From contig OY761158.1 of NCBI GenBank assembly GCA_963664405.1, positions 1,984,001 through 2,048,000 on the forward strand: a stretch of 64,000 nucleotides of DNA. The letters run 5' to 3'. Below the pieces are notes generated by a model that worked only from the letters and a program-made list of their open reading frames with translations, was not told where the DNA came from and did not search any database. The number at the start of each line of letters is the position of its first letter. Position 1 is the stretch's first letter. The DNA is from Thermoanaerobaculia bacterium. Lineage in GTDB: Bacteria; Acidobacteriota; Thermoanaerobaculia; Multivoradales; Multivoraceae. The translations under genes and the position numbers were made by a program. Positions 28,967-39,120 of this stretch are shown here, one piece after another.

Positions 28967-31900
28967 TTGATCAAATTCGCGATTCGCAATCCATATGCCA
29001 TGGCGGTAGCTGCCCTGACGACGATCGTTTTGGGGGTCACCGCCTTCGGCCTGATCCCCGCCGACCTATTGCCGATATTCAACACACCGGCGGTCCAGAT
29101 CGTCACCTTCTATCCGGGCATGCCACCGGAGGTGATGGAGCGCGACATCATGAGCCGGCTAGAGCGCTGGACCGGCCAGTCGGTGGGCATCGAGCATCAA
29201 GAAGCCAAGGCAATGCTCGGCGTCTCGGTGGTCAAGGACTTCTTTCGCGAGGGGATCAGCCTCGAAACCGCGATGAGCCAGGTCACTTCTTACGCCGTCA
29301 GCGACATGTTCTACCTGCCGCCCGGCACCATTCCGCCGATGGTCATGCCCTTTGATCCCACGGCGTCAGTGCCGCTCTGTCTGGTCGCAGTCTCCAGCGA
29401 CACCATGAATGAGAAGGAGCTCTACGACATCGCCTACTTCGAGTTGCGCAACCGGCTGCAGTCGATCCGGGGAGTGATTGCTCCTGCAGTCTACGGCGGC
29501 AAGCTGCGGCGGATCCTGGCCTACGTGGACCGGGAGAAGTTGGAGGCTCGGGGACTGTCGCCGATGGATGTCGTACGGGCGCTCAAAGAACAGAATGTCT
29601 TCATCCCCGCCGGCAACTTGAAGGCCGGAGACCTCGACTACCAGATCTTCGCCAACTCCATGCCCGCCAAAGTCGCCGAGCTCAACGACATGCCGGTCGC
29701 CATTCGCGGCGGCGTTCCGGTCATGGTCTCGGACGTCGCTCGGGTCGAGGACAGCAGTCAGATCCAGAGCAATGTGGTGCGGATCAACGGTCGCCGGCAG
29801 GTTTACATCCCGGTCTATCGGCAACCGGGAGCCAACACCATCGAGATCGTCGACTCGATCCAACGCAACCTCGAGCGAATCCTCCAGCGACTTCGCGAGA
29901 TGGACGAAAAAGCCGGCGACCTCACCCTCGAGGTGGTCCTCGACCAGTCGCAGTATGTGCGCGGATCGCTGCGGGCCCTCCAACTCGCCGGTCTCCTCGG
30001 CGCCGGCTTCGCCGCGCTGGTAGTGCTCGTTTTCCTACGCCGTCTTCGCTCAACGCTGCTCGTTCTGACCACCCTGCCTTTGGCGATCTTGGTTTCGATC
30101 GTCGGCCTTCACTTCTCCGGCGCCACTCTCAACGCGATGACCCTGGGCGGCCTGGCACTGGTCATCGGCATTCTCATCGACCAATCGATCGTCGTTGTCG
30201 AAGCCATCGTGCGTCACATCGACGAAGGCCGCGACCCCTTCGACGCCGCCCTTACCGGCACTCAGGAGGTCGCGTTTCCCGCCCTCATCTCGACGATCAC
30301 GTTCTGCATCGTCTTCTTTCCGGTGACTTTCCTCTCCGGAATGGCCAGCTATCTCTTCAGCCCCGTAGCTCTCGCTGCCTCCCTCGCCATGGGCGCGTCG
30401 TATCTCTTTGCCATCACCCTCGTTCCCGCCTTCGCTGCGCGCATTCTGAAGAAGCGCAAGGGCGACCGCGCCGACGGGGGTCTCTGGCTCGCAGGCCGTT
30501 ACGTCAGGCTGGTGCGCCAAGCCCTTCGCCTGCGCTGGCTCGTCCTGGGCGGAACCGCCGTCCTCTTCGCGCTCAGCGTTCTTTTGCTCACCCGAATCGG
30601 GAGCGAGCTCTTCCCCCAAGTCGACGCGGGCCAGTTCCAGATCAACGTGCGGCTCCCCTCGGGGACCCGTATCGAGAAGACCGAAGAAACTCTCAACCGG
30701 ATCGAAGCGCATCTCATCGAACAGATCGGCGCGCCGGACGCGGAGTACCCCAGGGTCGAGCGGCAACCGGACTCCAACCTACGGATGCTGATCACCAACA
30801 TCGGCGTGCTGATGGATTGGCCCGCCGCCTACACCCCCAACAGCGGTCCGATGGACGCCTTCATGCTGGTCCAGCTCAAGAACAAACGCGGAGCCCCAAC
30901 CACCTTCGAGTATGTGGACCAGCTACGGCGAGAGCTTCCACCGCTCTTTCCCTCGGTCGAGTTCTCTTTCGACACCGGCGGCATGCTTAGCGCGGCGCTC
31001 AACATGGGCGAGCCCGCGCCGATTCACATCCAGGTCTCGGGCTCCAACCTCGATACCTCGCACCAGATTGCCAGCTTGATGGTTAAAGAGATGCGGGCCG
31101 TCGAAGGCGCGACCGACGTGCGGATCGCCCAGCGCATGGACTATCCGATCCTCGATCTCCAGATCGACCGGGTCAAGGCGGCGATGGCCGGCGTCTCGGT
31201 CGAGAACGTGATGAAGAACCTGGTCACCGCCACCAACTCCAGCATCGGCTTCGACCCCGCGTTCTGGATCGATGAGAACAACGGGAACCACTACTTCATC
31301 GGCGCTCAATACGCAGAATCCGATCTGGTCTCGGTCGATACGCTCCTCAACATTCCGGTAACGGGCGCCAACGGGGTCGTTCCGGTGGCTCTCGGCACCT
31401 TGGTCGATGTCCAGCGCAAGACCGGACCCGCGTCCATCAGCCACATGAACATCACTCGCGTGATCGACGTCTACGCCTCTGTCCTGCCCGGCTACGACAT
31501 CGGATCGGTCGTGGCGCGCATCGAGCAGCGACTTTTCGATTCTGCCGATATCCAGCCGGTCGAGAACGAGTCGGATCGAGGGATCTACTACGACATCACC
31601 GGGCCGGCCTTCGCGGGCAAGGGCTACAGCTACACCACCACCGGCGAGGTCGCTACGATGCGCGAGACCTTGCGCCAGTTCGGGCAGGGCTTCGTTCTCG
31701 CCCTGGTCCTGGTCTACCTGGTCCTGGTGCTGCAGTTCCGCTCCTTCTTAGACCCCTTCATCGTGCTCCTGACCGTTCCGCTGGGCCTGATCGGGGTGTC
31801 AGTCATGCTGCTGGTGACCGGAACCAATCTGAGCATCATGGCGGCGATGGGCATCATCATGATGGTCGGACTGGTTGTCGCCTACAGCATTTTGTTGGTC

Positions 31901-32191
31901 GATTACGCCAATACCACGCTGGTGCGGGTCGGCTCGACCATCGAGGCAATCTGCGGAGCCGCCAGAGTACGACTCAGACCGATCCTGATGACCTCGCTGA
32001 CCACCGTTCTGGCGTTGACACCGATGGCGATCGGGGGACAGGGCGCCGAGGCAAACGCACCCCTCGCGCGAGCCATCATCGGTGGGACGCTCAGCGCAGC
32101 GGTGATGTCGTTGCTTGTTGTGCCCTGTCTCTACGTCGTCTTCAAGCGCGTACCGAGTAGCCCACAGCCACTGCAGGGAGAGATGAGATGA
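28967..32191 (+). CDS. RND efflux permease (AcrB/AcrD/AcrF family)
   Basis: LNAMTLGGLALVIGILIDQSIVVVE and RLRPILMTSLTT; 1074 aa. Confidence 0.93.
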   Translation: MIKFAIRNPYAMAVAALTTIVLGVTAFGLIPADLLPIFNTPAVQIVTFYPGMPPEVMERDIMSRLERWTGQSVGIEHQEAKAMLGVSVVKDFFREGISLETAMSQVTSYAVSDMFYLPPGTIPPMVMPFDPTASVPLCLVAVSSDTMNEKELYDIAYFELRNRLQSIRGVIAPAVYGGKLRRILAYVDREKLEARGLSPMDVVRALKEQNVFIPAGNLKAGDLDYQIFANSMPAKVAELNDMPVAIRGGVPVMVSDVARVEDSSQIQSNVVRINGRRQVYIPVYRQPGANTIEIVDSIQRNLERILQRLREMDEKAGDLTLEVVLDQSQYVRGSLRALQLAGLLGAGFAALVVLVFLRRLRSTLLVLTTLPLAILVSIVGLHFSGATLNAMTLGGLALVIGILIDQSIVVVEAIVRHIDEGRDPFDAALTGTQEVAFPALISTITFCIVFFPVTFLSGMASYLFSPVALAASLAMGASYLFAITLVPAFAARILKKRKGDRADGGLWLAGRYVRLVRQALRLRWLVLGGTAVLFALSVLLLTRIGSELFPQVDAGQFQINVRLPSGTRIEKTEETLNRIEAHLIEQIGAPDAEYPRVERQPDSNLRMLITNIGVLMDWPAAYTPNSGPMDAFMLVQLKNKRGAPTTFEYVDQLRRELPPLFPSVEFSFDTGGMLSAALNMGEPAPIHIQVSGSNLDTSHQIASLMVKEMRAVEGATDVRIAQRMDYPILDLQIDRVKAAMAGVSVENVMKNLVTATNSSIGFDPAFWIDENNGNHYFIGAQYAESDLVSVDTLLNIPVTGANGVVPVALGTLVDVQRKTGPASISHMNITRVIDVYASVLPGYDIGSVVARIEQRLFDSADIQPVENESDRGIYYDITGPAFAGKGYSYTTTGEVATMRETLRQFGQGFVLALVLVYLVLVLQFRSFLDPFIVLLTVPLGLIGVSVMLLVTGTNLSIMAAMGIIMMVGLVVAYSILLVDYANTTLVRVGSTIEAICGAARVRLRPILMTSLTTVLALTPMAIGGQGAEANAPLARAIIGGTLSAAVMSLLVVPCLYVVFKRVPSSPQPLQGEMR

Positions 32192-33324
32192 AGCAACAGC
32201 GTAATTCCCGATCGGCCGCCCTCGGCCTGATGGTAACGATGCTCGCCCTTGACGCAGCGGCCGCGCAGGAGCCGGTCACCGTCATCGTCGGCCAACCTCG
32301 AGCCACCGCAGCCCGCACGGTCGAGCTGCCCGGCAGTTTCGAGCCTTACGAAGACGCCTTCCTCTACGCCAAGATCACCGGCTATGTCTCCAAGGTTCAG
32401 GTCGACATCGGAGACCGAGTTTCGGCCGGCGCTGCGTTGGTCCGGCTCGAAATACCGGAGATGGAGCCTGCCCTCGGTCGTGCCCAGGCGGATGTCCTTG
32501 CCGCCGAAGCGGCCTCGGAACAGGTCGCGGCCCAGATCAGTCGCGACAGCATCACCTATGAGCGGCTCTCCCAGCTCAAGGCCGAGGAGCCCCTCGCCGT
32601 CACCCAGCAAGACGTCGACATGGCGGCCGCCGATCTGCAGGTCTCTGAGGCCGCCGCGCGTAGCGCCGAAGCCGAGATCTCGGTGGCCGAGGCCAAGCTC
32701 GAAGAGCTCGAGGCGATGATGGCCTACGCCGTCATTCGCGCCCCCTTCGACGGCGTCGTCGCCCAACGCCTGGTAGATCCGGGGGCCCTGGTCGTCGCCG
32801 GCTCCGACGGCGGCACTCCAGTCCTCGAGGTTGCACGGGAGGATCGACTCCGCCTCGTCCTCGCCGTGCCCGAGTCGCTGGTTGCTCAGACCAACCCCGG
32901 CCTGCCCGCGAAGATCACGGTGGACGCCCTACCCGGCCGCATCTTCGAAGCTGAAGTCAGTCGCTGCGCAGGCCAGCTGTCGCAAGACACTCGCACCATG
33001 CGTGCCGAGATAGACATGGACCACAAAGGAGGCCTGCTCCGACCCGGCATGTATGCCACCGTCGCGCTCCAGCTGGGCAGCGGCCCGGGCAGCCTCAGTG
33101 TGCCCGCATCGCTGGTCCATCGCGAGGCGGAGGGACAGTCCTTCGTGTGGACGGTCGAGAACGGCAGGGCGGTCAAGACGCGGGTCGAGATCGTGCGCGA
33201 TGACGGCGCCTCGGCAGTCATCCAGACCGGCCTCGATGCCGGCAGCTCCATCGTGCTCGAAGGTCCAGCCGATCTCGAGGAAGGCCAGCCGGTGCGGGTC
33301 GCCGCGACTGCGGGGGACCGGTAG
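32188..33324 (+). CDS. RND periplasmic adaptor (MFP)
   Basis: AKITGYV..VDIGDRV, IRAPFDGVV and LRPGMY. Confidence 0.93.
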   Translation: MKQQRNSRSAALGLMVTMLALDAAAAQEPVTVIVGQPRATAARTVELPGSFEPYEDAFLYAKITGYVSKVQVDIGDRVSAGAALVRLEIPEMEPALGRAQADVLAAEAASEQVAAQISRDSITYERLSQLKAEEPLAVTQQDVDMAAADLQVSEAAARSAEAEISVAEAKLEELEAMMAYAVIRAPFDGVVAQRLVDPGALVVAGSDGGTPVLEVAREDRLRLVLAVPESLVAQTNPGLPAKITVDALPGRIFEAEVSRCAGQLSQDTRTMRAEIDMDHKGGLLRPGMYATVALQLGSGPGSLSVPASLVHREAEGQSFVWTVENGRAVKTRVEIVRDDGASAVIQTGLDAGSSIVLEGPADLEEGQPVRVAATAGDR

Positions 33325-34664
33325 TGAGAACTATGCTCGCTATTCTCCTGCTGGTCGCCGCCTCGGCCAGCTCGGGCCAGGAGGATCTCGACCGTTTCGT
33401 CGTCGAGATGAACCTCCAGGAAGCAATTGGATCTCTGGAACGGCAGCCGATTCGCCTCAGCGAAGCGCTCGACGAGGCCCTCGAGCAGAGCATCGAGATG
33501 GCCCTAGCTCGAGCCGACGCCCAGAGCGCTCGTGACAGTCGATGGGCGTCGGATGCTTCGCTCTTCCCCTCCGTCGAGGTCGGTCTCTCGGCGAGCTCCA
33601 CCAACGGCCGGGTACAAGGCAGCTTCGGCGAGCTTCGTGATGTCGACTTCAACACCCGCTACCGAGGGGCCGCTTTGGTCTATCGAGCGAACATCGCGGC
33701 GAGACTCAAGGAGGCTTTCGCGTACCGACAGAGCGTGCAGGCCGCCCAATTCGACCAGCTCAATACCGAACAGCGTCTGATTCTGCGCGTTGTCGAGCTT
33801 TACCAGGACCTACTCCTGGCCGGCGTCGCAGTCGACATCACTCACGACGTGGTCGAAGGCAGCGAGCAGTTTCGAAGACTCATTCAGGCGCGAGCTTCCG
33901 GTGGCCTGGCGATTGGCGCCGACGTAGCTCGTGCCGAGGCGAAATTGGCGGTAGATCGCCAGGAGCTGATCCGCGCCCGCAACGAGTTGGTGAAAGCGAG
34001 CACGCGCCTAGCGGTGGTGCTCAGGCGTGACGTCGATGTTCTACTCGTACCCTTTGAGGATCGCTTAGCTCCGTCTTCGTTCGCCAAACCCTCCACTCTG
34101 GACCCACTGTCGAGGCCCGATGTTCAAGCGGCGGATCGACGAGCCGAAGCCGCCGGACGGCTCGTATCGTCAGCCAAGTGGGAGCTCTATTCTCCCGAGC
34201 TGCGAGCGGAGCTCCGGGCGTTGGAGATCGGTGAGAGCACCGACAATCTCGAAGGCGGTGACGAGAGCGCCGCCTTGGTGCTGTGGAACCTGTCGCCGGT
34301 AGCTTTCGGCCACATCCGCGAGCGCCGAGCGGAGGAGAGCCGGGCCCAGTTGGAGCTCGCCGAGATCGAAGATCGCGCAGCAGGAGAGATCCGTCGAGCG
34401 GAAGAGGATCTTGCCGGCGCACGGGATCGCATTCCCCTTGCCGGCGACGGATTCCGTGCCGCCAACGACACACTCAGACTCAGCGAGGCCCGCTTCAGGG
34501 CCGGCACCGCGATCGCACTAGAAGTTCTCGACGCCCAGGATGTACTCGCGCAGGCGCGCTTCAACCTCGCCCGCGCGATCATCGACTACAACTCGGCCCA
34601 GGCTCACCTGCTCGCGGCCTCCGGCACGCTCGATCGCTCCTCGATCCTAGCCAACCAGGATTAG
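33324..34664 (+). CDS. TolC-family outer membrane protein
   Basis: RFRAGTAIALEVLDAQ...DYNSAQ motif; last gene of the RND operon. Confidence 0.88.
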   Translation: MRTMLAILLLVAASASSGQEDLDRFVVEMNLQEAIGSLERQPIRLSEALDEALEQSIEMALARADAQSARDSRWASDASLFPSVEVGLSASSTNGRVQGSFGELRDVDFNTRYRGAALVYRANIAARLKEAFAYRQSVQAAQFDQLNTEQRLILRVVELYQDLLLAGVAVDITHDVVEGSEQFRRLIQARASGGLAIGADVARAEAKLAVDRQELIRARNELVKASTRLAVVLRRDVDVLLVPFEDRLAPSSFAKPSTLDPLSRPDVQAADRRAEAAGRLVSSAKWELYSPELRAELRALEIGESTDNLEGGDESAALVLWNLSPVAFGHIRERRAEESRAQLELAEIEDRAAGEIRRAEEDLAGARDRIPLAGDGFRAANDTLRLSEARFRAGTAIALEVLDAQDVLAQARFNLARAIIDYNSAQAHLLAASGTLDRSSILANQD

Positions 34665-36319
34665 AAGAAGAGCTGTACCCACTCTCCGTCGAACTCCGCG
34701 AGGCGCGATCGGATGGGTCCTTGGATCGGCTCCCCAAGCCCCTTGCGCCAACTGTTGACCGCCGCCTCCAGTCGCTTGACCACCTTGGGGTTCTCTTTCG
34801 CCAGATTCGTCGACTCGCCGGGGTCCGCATCGAGGTCGTAGAGCAGCGTCACTTGGCCGAGAGTGGGCTCTGTCGACCAACCGTCGGCGGGAGGGGTCAA
34901 TCGCTGCCCAGCATTGTCCATGTCCGCAGGCCTCAGGTCTGTCCGGTTGTGCTTGATCAGTTTCCAGCGCTTGTCTCTGACCGCGAGGGTGGGTCCCGAT
35001 CTCCAATAGAGATACTCGTGCGGCCTCCCCTTTCGCTTACCCTCGACAAAAGGTAGCAGGTTGACGCTGTCCTCGGTCTTGACCTCTTTACCAGCGGCCG
35101 CGGTGAACGTAGCCAGCAGGTCGAGTGTGCTCACCGGCTCGGAGTAGACCTTTCCCGAGGGGAGCCGGGCCGGCCAGCTCATGATGAGGGGCACCCGCAC
35201 GCCACCCTCGTGGTGGTACGCCTTGAAGCCACGGAGCGGCGCGTTCGAGCAGGCACCACGGTTGGAGTCGGTACAACCATTATCGCTGGCAAAGACGATC
35301 AGAGTGTTCTCGAGCTGATCGATGGTCTCGAGCGCCGCCACTACGCGGCGTACGCTTTCGTCTAGCGAGGAGACCATAGCCGCAAACACACGGGTCCGCT
35401 GGTCCGCGACGTCGCGGTAATTCTCCAGATAACGCGCCGTCGCCTGCAGGGGCGTATGCGGTGTCGTGTGACTGAGATAGAGAAAGAACGGCTCATTCGG
35501 GTGGCCTTTGATGAAGTCGACGGCCTCGGCGCTGAAGACGTCGGTCAGATAGGCCTCGACCTGCACTTCGTCGAAACCGCGAAGCACTTTGTTGCCCCGC
35601 TTCGTCGGCCCGGATTCCCCACGCAGAGAACCGTATTCAACCCCCGGCTTTCGCGAGTCGATAAAGATGCTGCCCCCCTCGAGCACACCGAAGTACTCGT
35701 CGAAGCCGCGACTCATCGGATGGTAGGGCCTGGGCTGGCCCAGATGCCACTTGCCGACCATGCCGGTGGCGTAGCCCAACGGCTTCAACCGGTCCGCAAG
35801 GGTGCGCTCCTCGAGTCGTAGACCGACCGAGCGATCGCGCCCCACCGGGTTGAACTCCCAGCCATGGCGCTGCTGATGGCGCCCGGTGATCAGGCCCGCG
35901 CGCGACGGGCTGCACACCGGATGACTCACATACCCCTCGGTGAATCGAACACCTCTGCGGGCCAGGGCATCGATCGCGGGTGTCTCGTTGATCTTGCTGC
36001 CGTAGATGCCGACATCCCCGTAGCCGAGGTCGTCAGCGAGAATCAGCACGATATTGGGCGCGCGATCTTCTTGGAGCCCCGCGAGGGGGGCCACGGCGAG
36101 GACGCCCACCGAAAGGGCAACCAAGATGGGAAGAGACTTGGGCCATCTAGACCAGCGTTTCCAAAGTTCGCGCACAGATCTCGGCCCCTTCTGCCCGCTG
36201 GCGGCGTTGCGCCTCCTCGATATATTGCCCAATATGCCTGCGTCGGCGCGCCTGGCCAGCGAACAGAATGACCTCGAGCTATTGCACACGAACTTTGGAA
36301 ACGCTGGTCTAGTCATCAT
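34661..36319 (-). CDS. Sulfatase (formylglycine type) carrying an in-frame 54-aa MITE insertion
   Basis: PNIVLILADDLGYGD, CSPSRAGLITGR and GKWHLG; start MMTR at 36319 after GGGGAG. Confidence 0.93.
   Translation of the reverse strand: MMTRPAFPKFVCNSSRSFCSLARRADAGILGNISRRRNAASGQKGPRSVRELWKRWSRWPKSLPILVALSVGVLAVAPLAGLQEDRAPNIVLILADDLGYGDVGIYGSKINETPAIDALARRGVRFTEGYVSHPVCSPSRAGLITGRHQQRHGWEFNPVGRDRSVGLRLEERTLADRLKPLGYATGMVGKWHLGQPRPYHPMSRGFDEYFGVLEGGSIFIDSRKPGVEYGSLRGESGPTKRGNKVLRGFDEVQVEAYLTDVFSAEAVDFIKGHPNEPFFLYLSHTTPHTPLQATARYLENYRDVADQRTRVFAAMVSSLDESVRRVVAALETIDQLENTLIVFASDNGCTDSNRGACSNAPLRGFKAYHHEGGVRVPLIMSWPARLPSGKVYSEPVSTLDLLATFTAAAGKEVKTEDSVNLLPFVEGKRKGRPHEYLYWRSGPTLAVRDKRWKLIKHNRTDLRPADMDNAGQRLTPPADGWSTEPTLGQVTLLYDLDADPGESTNLAKENPKVVKRLEAAVNSWRKGLGEPIQGPIRSRLAEFDGEWVQLFF
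36147..36312 (+). mobile_element. Palindromic MITE-like element, family A, copy 3 (intragenic)
   Basis: Same TIRs, 166 bp; removing 162 bp restores ATG ATG ACT AGA TGG (MMTRWPKSLPILVAL). Confidence 0.93.
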
Positions 36320-36338
36320 GCGACTCCCCCTTGTAAAG

Positions 36339-36956
36339 TCACGGCGACGAGGCTCGGTCCAAGGCCTCACGAAGCGCACGGGCTCGCTCCCAGGCCGGGC
36401 CCGGCGACTTTGGTGTAGCGTTCTCGTAGACGGGTTGGGCATGCAGACAGCCGAAGACGGGGCCCTCCGCATTCAAGACTTCGTGAACCTGACTCGCCCA
36501 CGCCTCGAGATCGGAAAACTCGAATACCGACTCAAAGCCGCAAGTGCGAGCCATCTGCGCAAAATCCACCGCCCTGCCACCGCGAAGCGCGGCAGAACCG
36601 GGCGTATCCTGCGCCCCGGTGACCTCGTAGACGCCGTTGTCGAAGAGAAGCACGATCAAGTTCTTCGGCCGCTGCGAGGTGATCGTCACCAGCGAACCCA
36701 GATTCATCAGCATCGATCCGTCCCCGTTACAGACGACAACTCGCCGATCCGGCTGCGCCAGAGCCAACCCCAGCCCCACCGATGTCGCCTGACCCATGCT
36801 CGAGGGGACATAGACCAGATCGAGCGGGTGGCTGCCGAGCCGCATCCACTCGCGGGCGCAGCCCATGGTTGTGACCACGATCTCGTCGCGTCGAGCCGTG
36901 TGCAAGACGCCGATAACCTCGGCCAGCGGCATCGCACCACGCTGCGCGGCAGTCAT
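36339..36956 (-). CDS. TPP-dependent decarboxylase beta subunit (ComE / phosphonopyruvate decarboxylase-like)
   Basis: SSMGQATSVGLGLALA and NGDGSMLMNLGSL...DNGVYEVTG TPP motif; start MTAAQ at 36956. Confidence 0.85.
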   Translation of the reverse strand: MTAAQRGAMPLAEVIGVLHTARRDEIVVTTMGCAREWMRLGSHPLDLVYVPSSMGQATSVGLGLALAQPDRRVVVCNGDGSMLMNLGSLVTITSQRPKNLIVLLFDNGVYEVTGAQDTPGSAALRGGRAVDFAQMARTCGFESVFEFSDLEAWASQVHEVLNAEGPVFGCLHAQPVYENATPKSPGPAWERARALREALDRASSP

Positions 36957-37438
36957 GCCTTGCCCTCCGCGATCAACGCGACACCGGAGCGGCCCTCGTC
37001 CCTGCAACTTCGGTAGAGCCCGGCGATCTCGGCAAATTGCTCCGGTGCTGCGATCAGGCGGTACTCGAGCTTCCAGGCGTCGAGGATCGGCTCGGTGAAG
37101 GTGAGGCAGGTGTCGCCTGGCAGGGTGTCCTGGCTGAGGTAGCTGCGATAGCCGACGATCGCGAACAGCGGCAGCCGATAGTCGTGGAGCAGATTTCGCA
37201 GCGCGTCGCCTGACTCGAAGAGTCCGGTGCACTGAATCATCACCACCGGGCTCGCACCGCCCATATATAACCCGGCCGCAACTCCCCAGGCCTCGCCTTC
37301 GCGGCAGACCTGAATCACCTGGACCTGGGTCTCAGTGATCTCGCTCAACCACGGCCCCAGAGTGCTGTCGGGGATGGTGACGACATGAGTCACCTCGAGC
37401 TCTTCCAGCAGCGTAGCGATCTGGGCTCCTTCAAACAC
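36953..37438 (-). CDS. TPP-dependent decarboxylase alpha subunit (ComD-like)
   Basis: VVTIPDSTL, CREGEAWGVAAGLYMGG..PVVMIQCTGL and IVGYR. Confidence 0.85.
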   Translation of the reverse strand: MFEGAQIATLLEELEVTHVVTIPDSTLGPWLSEITETQVQVIQVCREGEAWGVAAGLYMGGASPVVMIQCTGLFESGDALRNLLHDYRLPLFAIVGYRSYLSQDTLPGDTCLTFTEPILDAWKLEYRLIAAPEQFAEIAGLYRSCRDEGRSGVALIAEGKA

Positions 37439-37450
37439 GGTCGGAGTTCT

Positions 37451-38971
37451 CTAGAAGAAGAGCTGGACCCACTCTCCGTCAATCTCAGCGAGAGTCGATC
37501 GAATGGGCCCCTGAATCGGATCCACCAAATCCTTACGCCAAGTATCGAGCGCCGCTTCCAGGCGCTCGACCACCTTGGGGTTCTCTTTCGCCAGATTCTT
37601 CGCTTCGCCGACATCGCCTTCGAGATCGTAGAGCAGCGTCAACTGACCGTGAGGTGAGTCGGTCGACCAGCCACCCGCGGGAGGTGCCATTCGCCCATCC
37701 GCCCCGAGATCGGCGGGGCGGAAGTCGGTCCGATTGAACTTGATCAGCTTCCAGCGGTGGTCTCTCACGGCAACAGTCGGTCCCGATCGCCAGTAGAGAT
37801 AGTCGTGGGGTCGGCCCGCTCTCTTACCCTCGAGATAAGGCAGCAAGTTGACGCTGTCTTCGGTCGTGATCTCCTTGCCCGCGGCCGCGGTGAAGGTCGA
37901 TAAGAGGTCGAGGGTGATCACCGGCTCTGAGTAGATCTGACCCGCGGGAAGTCTCGCCGGCCAGCTCGCGATAAAAGGCACCCGCACCCCACCTTCGTGG
38001 TGATAGCGCTTGAAACCCCGAAGCGGCTCGTTCGAGCACGCACCGAGGATGTAGCCCGCACAGCCATTGTCGCTCGAGAAGACGAGCAGAGTGTTGTCGT
38101 ACTGGTCGATGGCCACCAGAGCCTCCACCACTCGGCGCACGCTCTCGTCCAGGGAGGCGACCATCGCGGCATAAACGCGCGTCCTCTGGTCGCTGATGTG
38201 GCGATAGTCCTCGAGGTAGCGCGCGGTTGCCTGCAGAGGTGTGTGCGGCGTGGTGTGGCTCAGATAAAGAAAAAAGGGCTCCTCGGCGTGACCCTTGATG
38301 AAGTCGACCGCCTCGGCGGTGAACACGTCGGTGAGGTAGCGCTCGACCTCGACCTCGTCGAACCCCCGAAGCACCTTATTGGGACGCACCGTCGGCGCCG
38401 GCTCGCCACTCAGAGAGCCGTACTCCACCCCCGGCTTGCGGGAGTCGATGAAGGTGCTGCCGCCCTCGAGCACACCGAAATACTGATCGAAGCCGCGGCT
38501 CATCGGATGGTAGGGCCTCTTCTGTCCCAGGTGCCACTTGCCGACCATCCCGGTGGCGTATCCCATCGATCTGAGGTGATCGGCAATCGTGCGCTCTTCG
38601 AGCCGCATGCCGGCGGAGGCATCGCGTCCGGCGGGGTTGAACTCCCAGCCGTGCCGCTGCTGATAGCGGCCCGTTACCAGCCCCGCCCGCGAAGGGCTGC
38701 AGACCGGGTGACTCACGTACCCCTGGGTGAATCGCACACCTCCAGCCGCTAAAGCGTCGATATTGGGGGTCTTGATGGTCTTGCTACCGTAGACACCGAT
38801 GTCGCCGTAGCCCAGATCGTCACCGAGGATCAGCACGATGTTGGGCGGTCGGGTCGCCTCAGCGGGTGCTTGCGCCGCTGCCCCCGCGATACCGAAGGCG
38901 GGACCGATGGCCAATGCAGTGAAGACGAGAGCCGCGCAGCGAAGGAAGATGCGGACCGAGATCAAACCCAT
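37451..38971 (-). CDS. Sulfatase (formylglycine type), paralog of 34661-36319
   Basis: Signal peptide; PNIVLILGDDLGYGD and CSPSRAGLVTGR. Confidence 0.95.
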   Translation of the reverse strand: MGLISVRIFLRCAALVFTALAIGPAFGIAGAAAQAPAEATRPPNIVLILGDDLGYGDIGVYGSKTIKTPNIDALAAGGVRFTQGYVSHPVCSPSRAGLVTGRYQQRHGWEFNPAGRDASAGMRLEERTIADHLRSMGYATGMVGKWHLGQKRPYHPMSRGFDQYFGVLEGGSTFIDSRKPGVEYGSLSGEPAPTVRPNKVLRGFDEVEVERYLTDVFTAEAVDFIKGHAEEPFFLYLSHTTPHTPLQATARYLEDYRHISDQRTRVYAAMVASLDESVRRVVEALVAIDQYDNTLLVFSSDNGCAGYILGACSNEPLRGFKRYHHEGGVRVPFIASWPARLPAGQIYSEPVITLDLLSTFTAAAGKEITTEDSVNLLPYLEGKRAGRPHDYLYWRSGPTVAVRDHRWKLIKFNRTDFRPADLGADGRMAPPAGGWSTDSPHGQLTLLYDLEGDVGEAKNLAKENPKVVERLEAALDTWRKDLVDPIQGPIRSTLAEIDGEWVQLFF

Positions 38972-39120
38972 TAGTTCTCCTTTTCAACACCGTCCGAGAG
39001 CCTGCTGTAGAAGCGTCAAGCGTGTCACGATCGCTCAGGCTCAGCAATCGTCCCGCCACTCGAAGTCGGCGCGACGGGCTTGCCCCCGCTCCGTAAAAAT
39101 GCACAATAGGGCACACTGAA

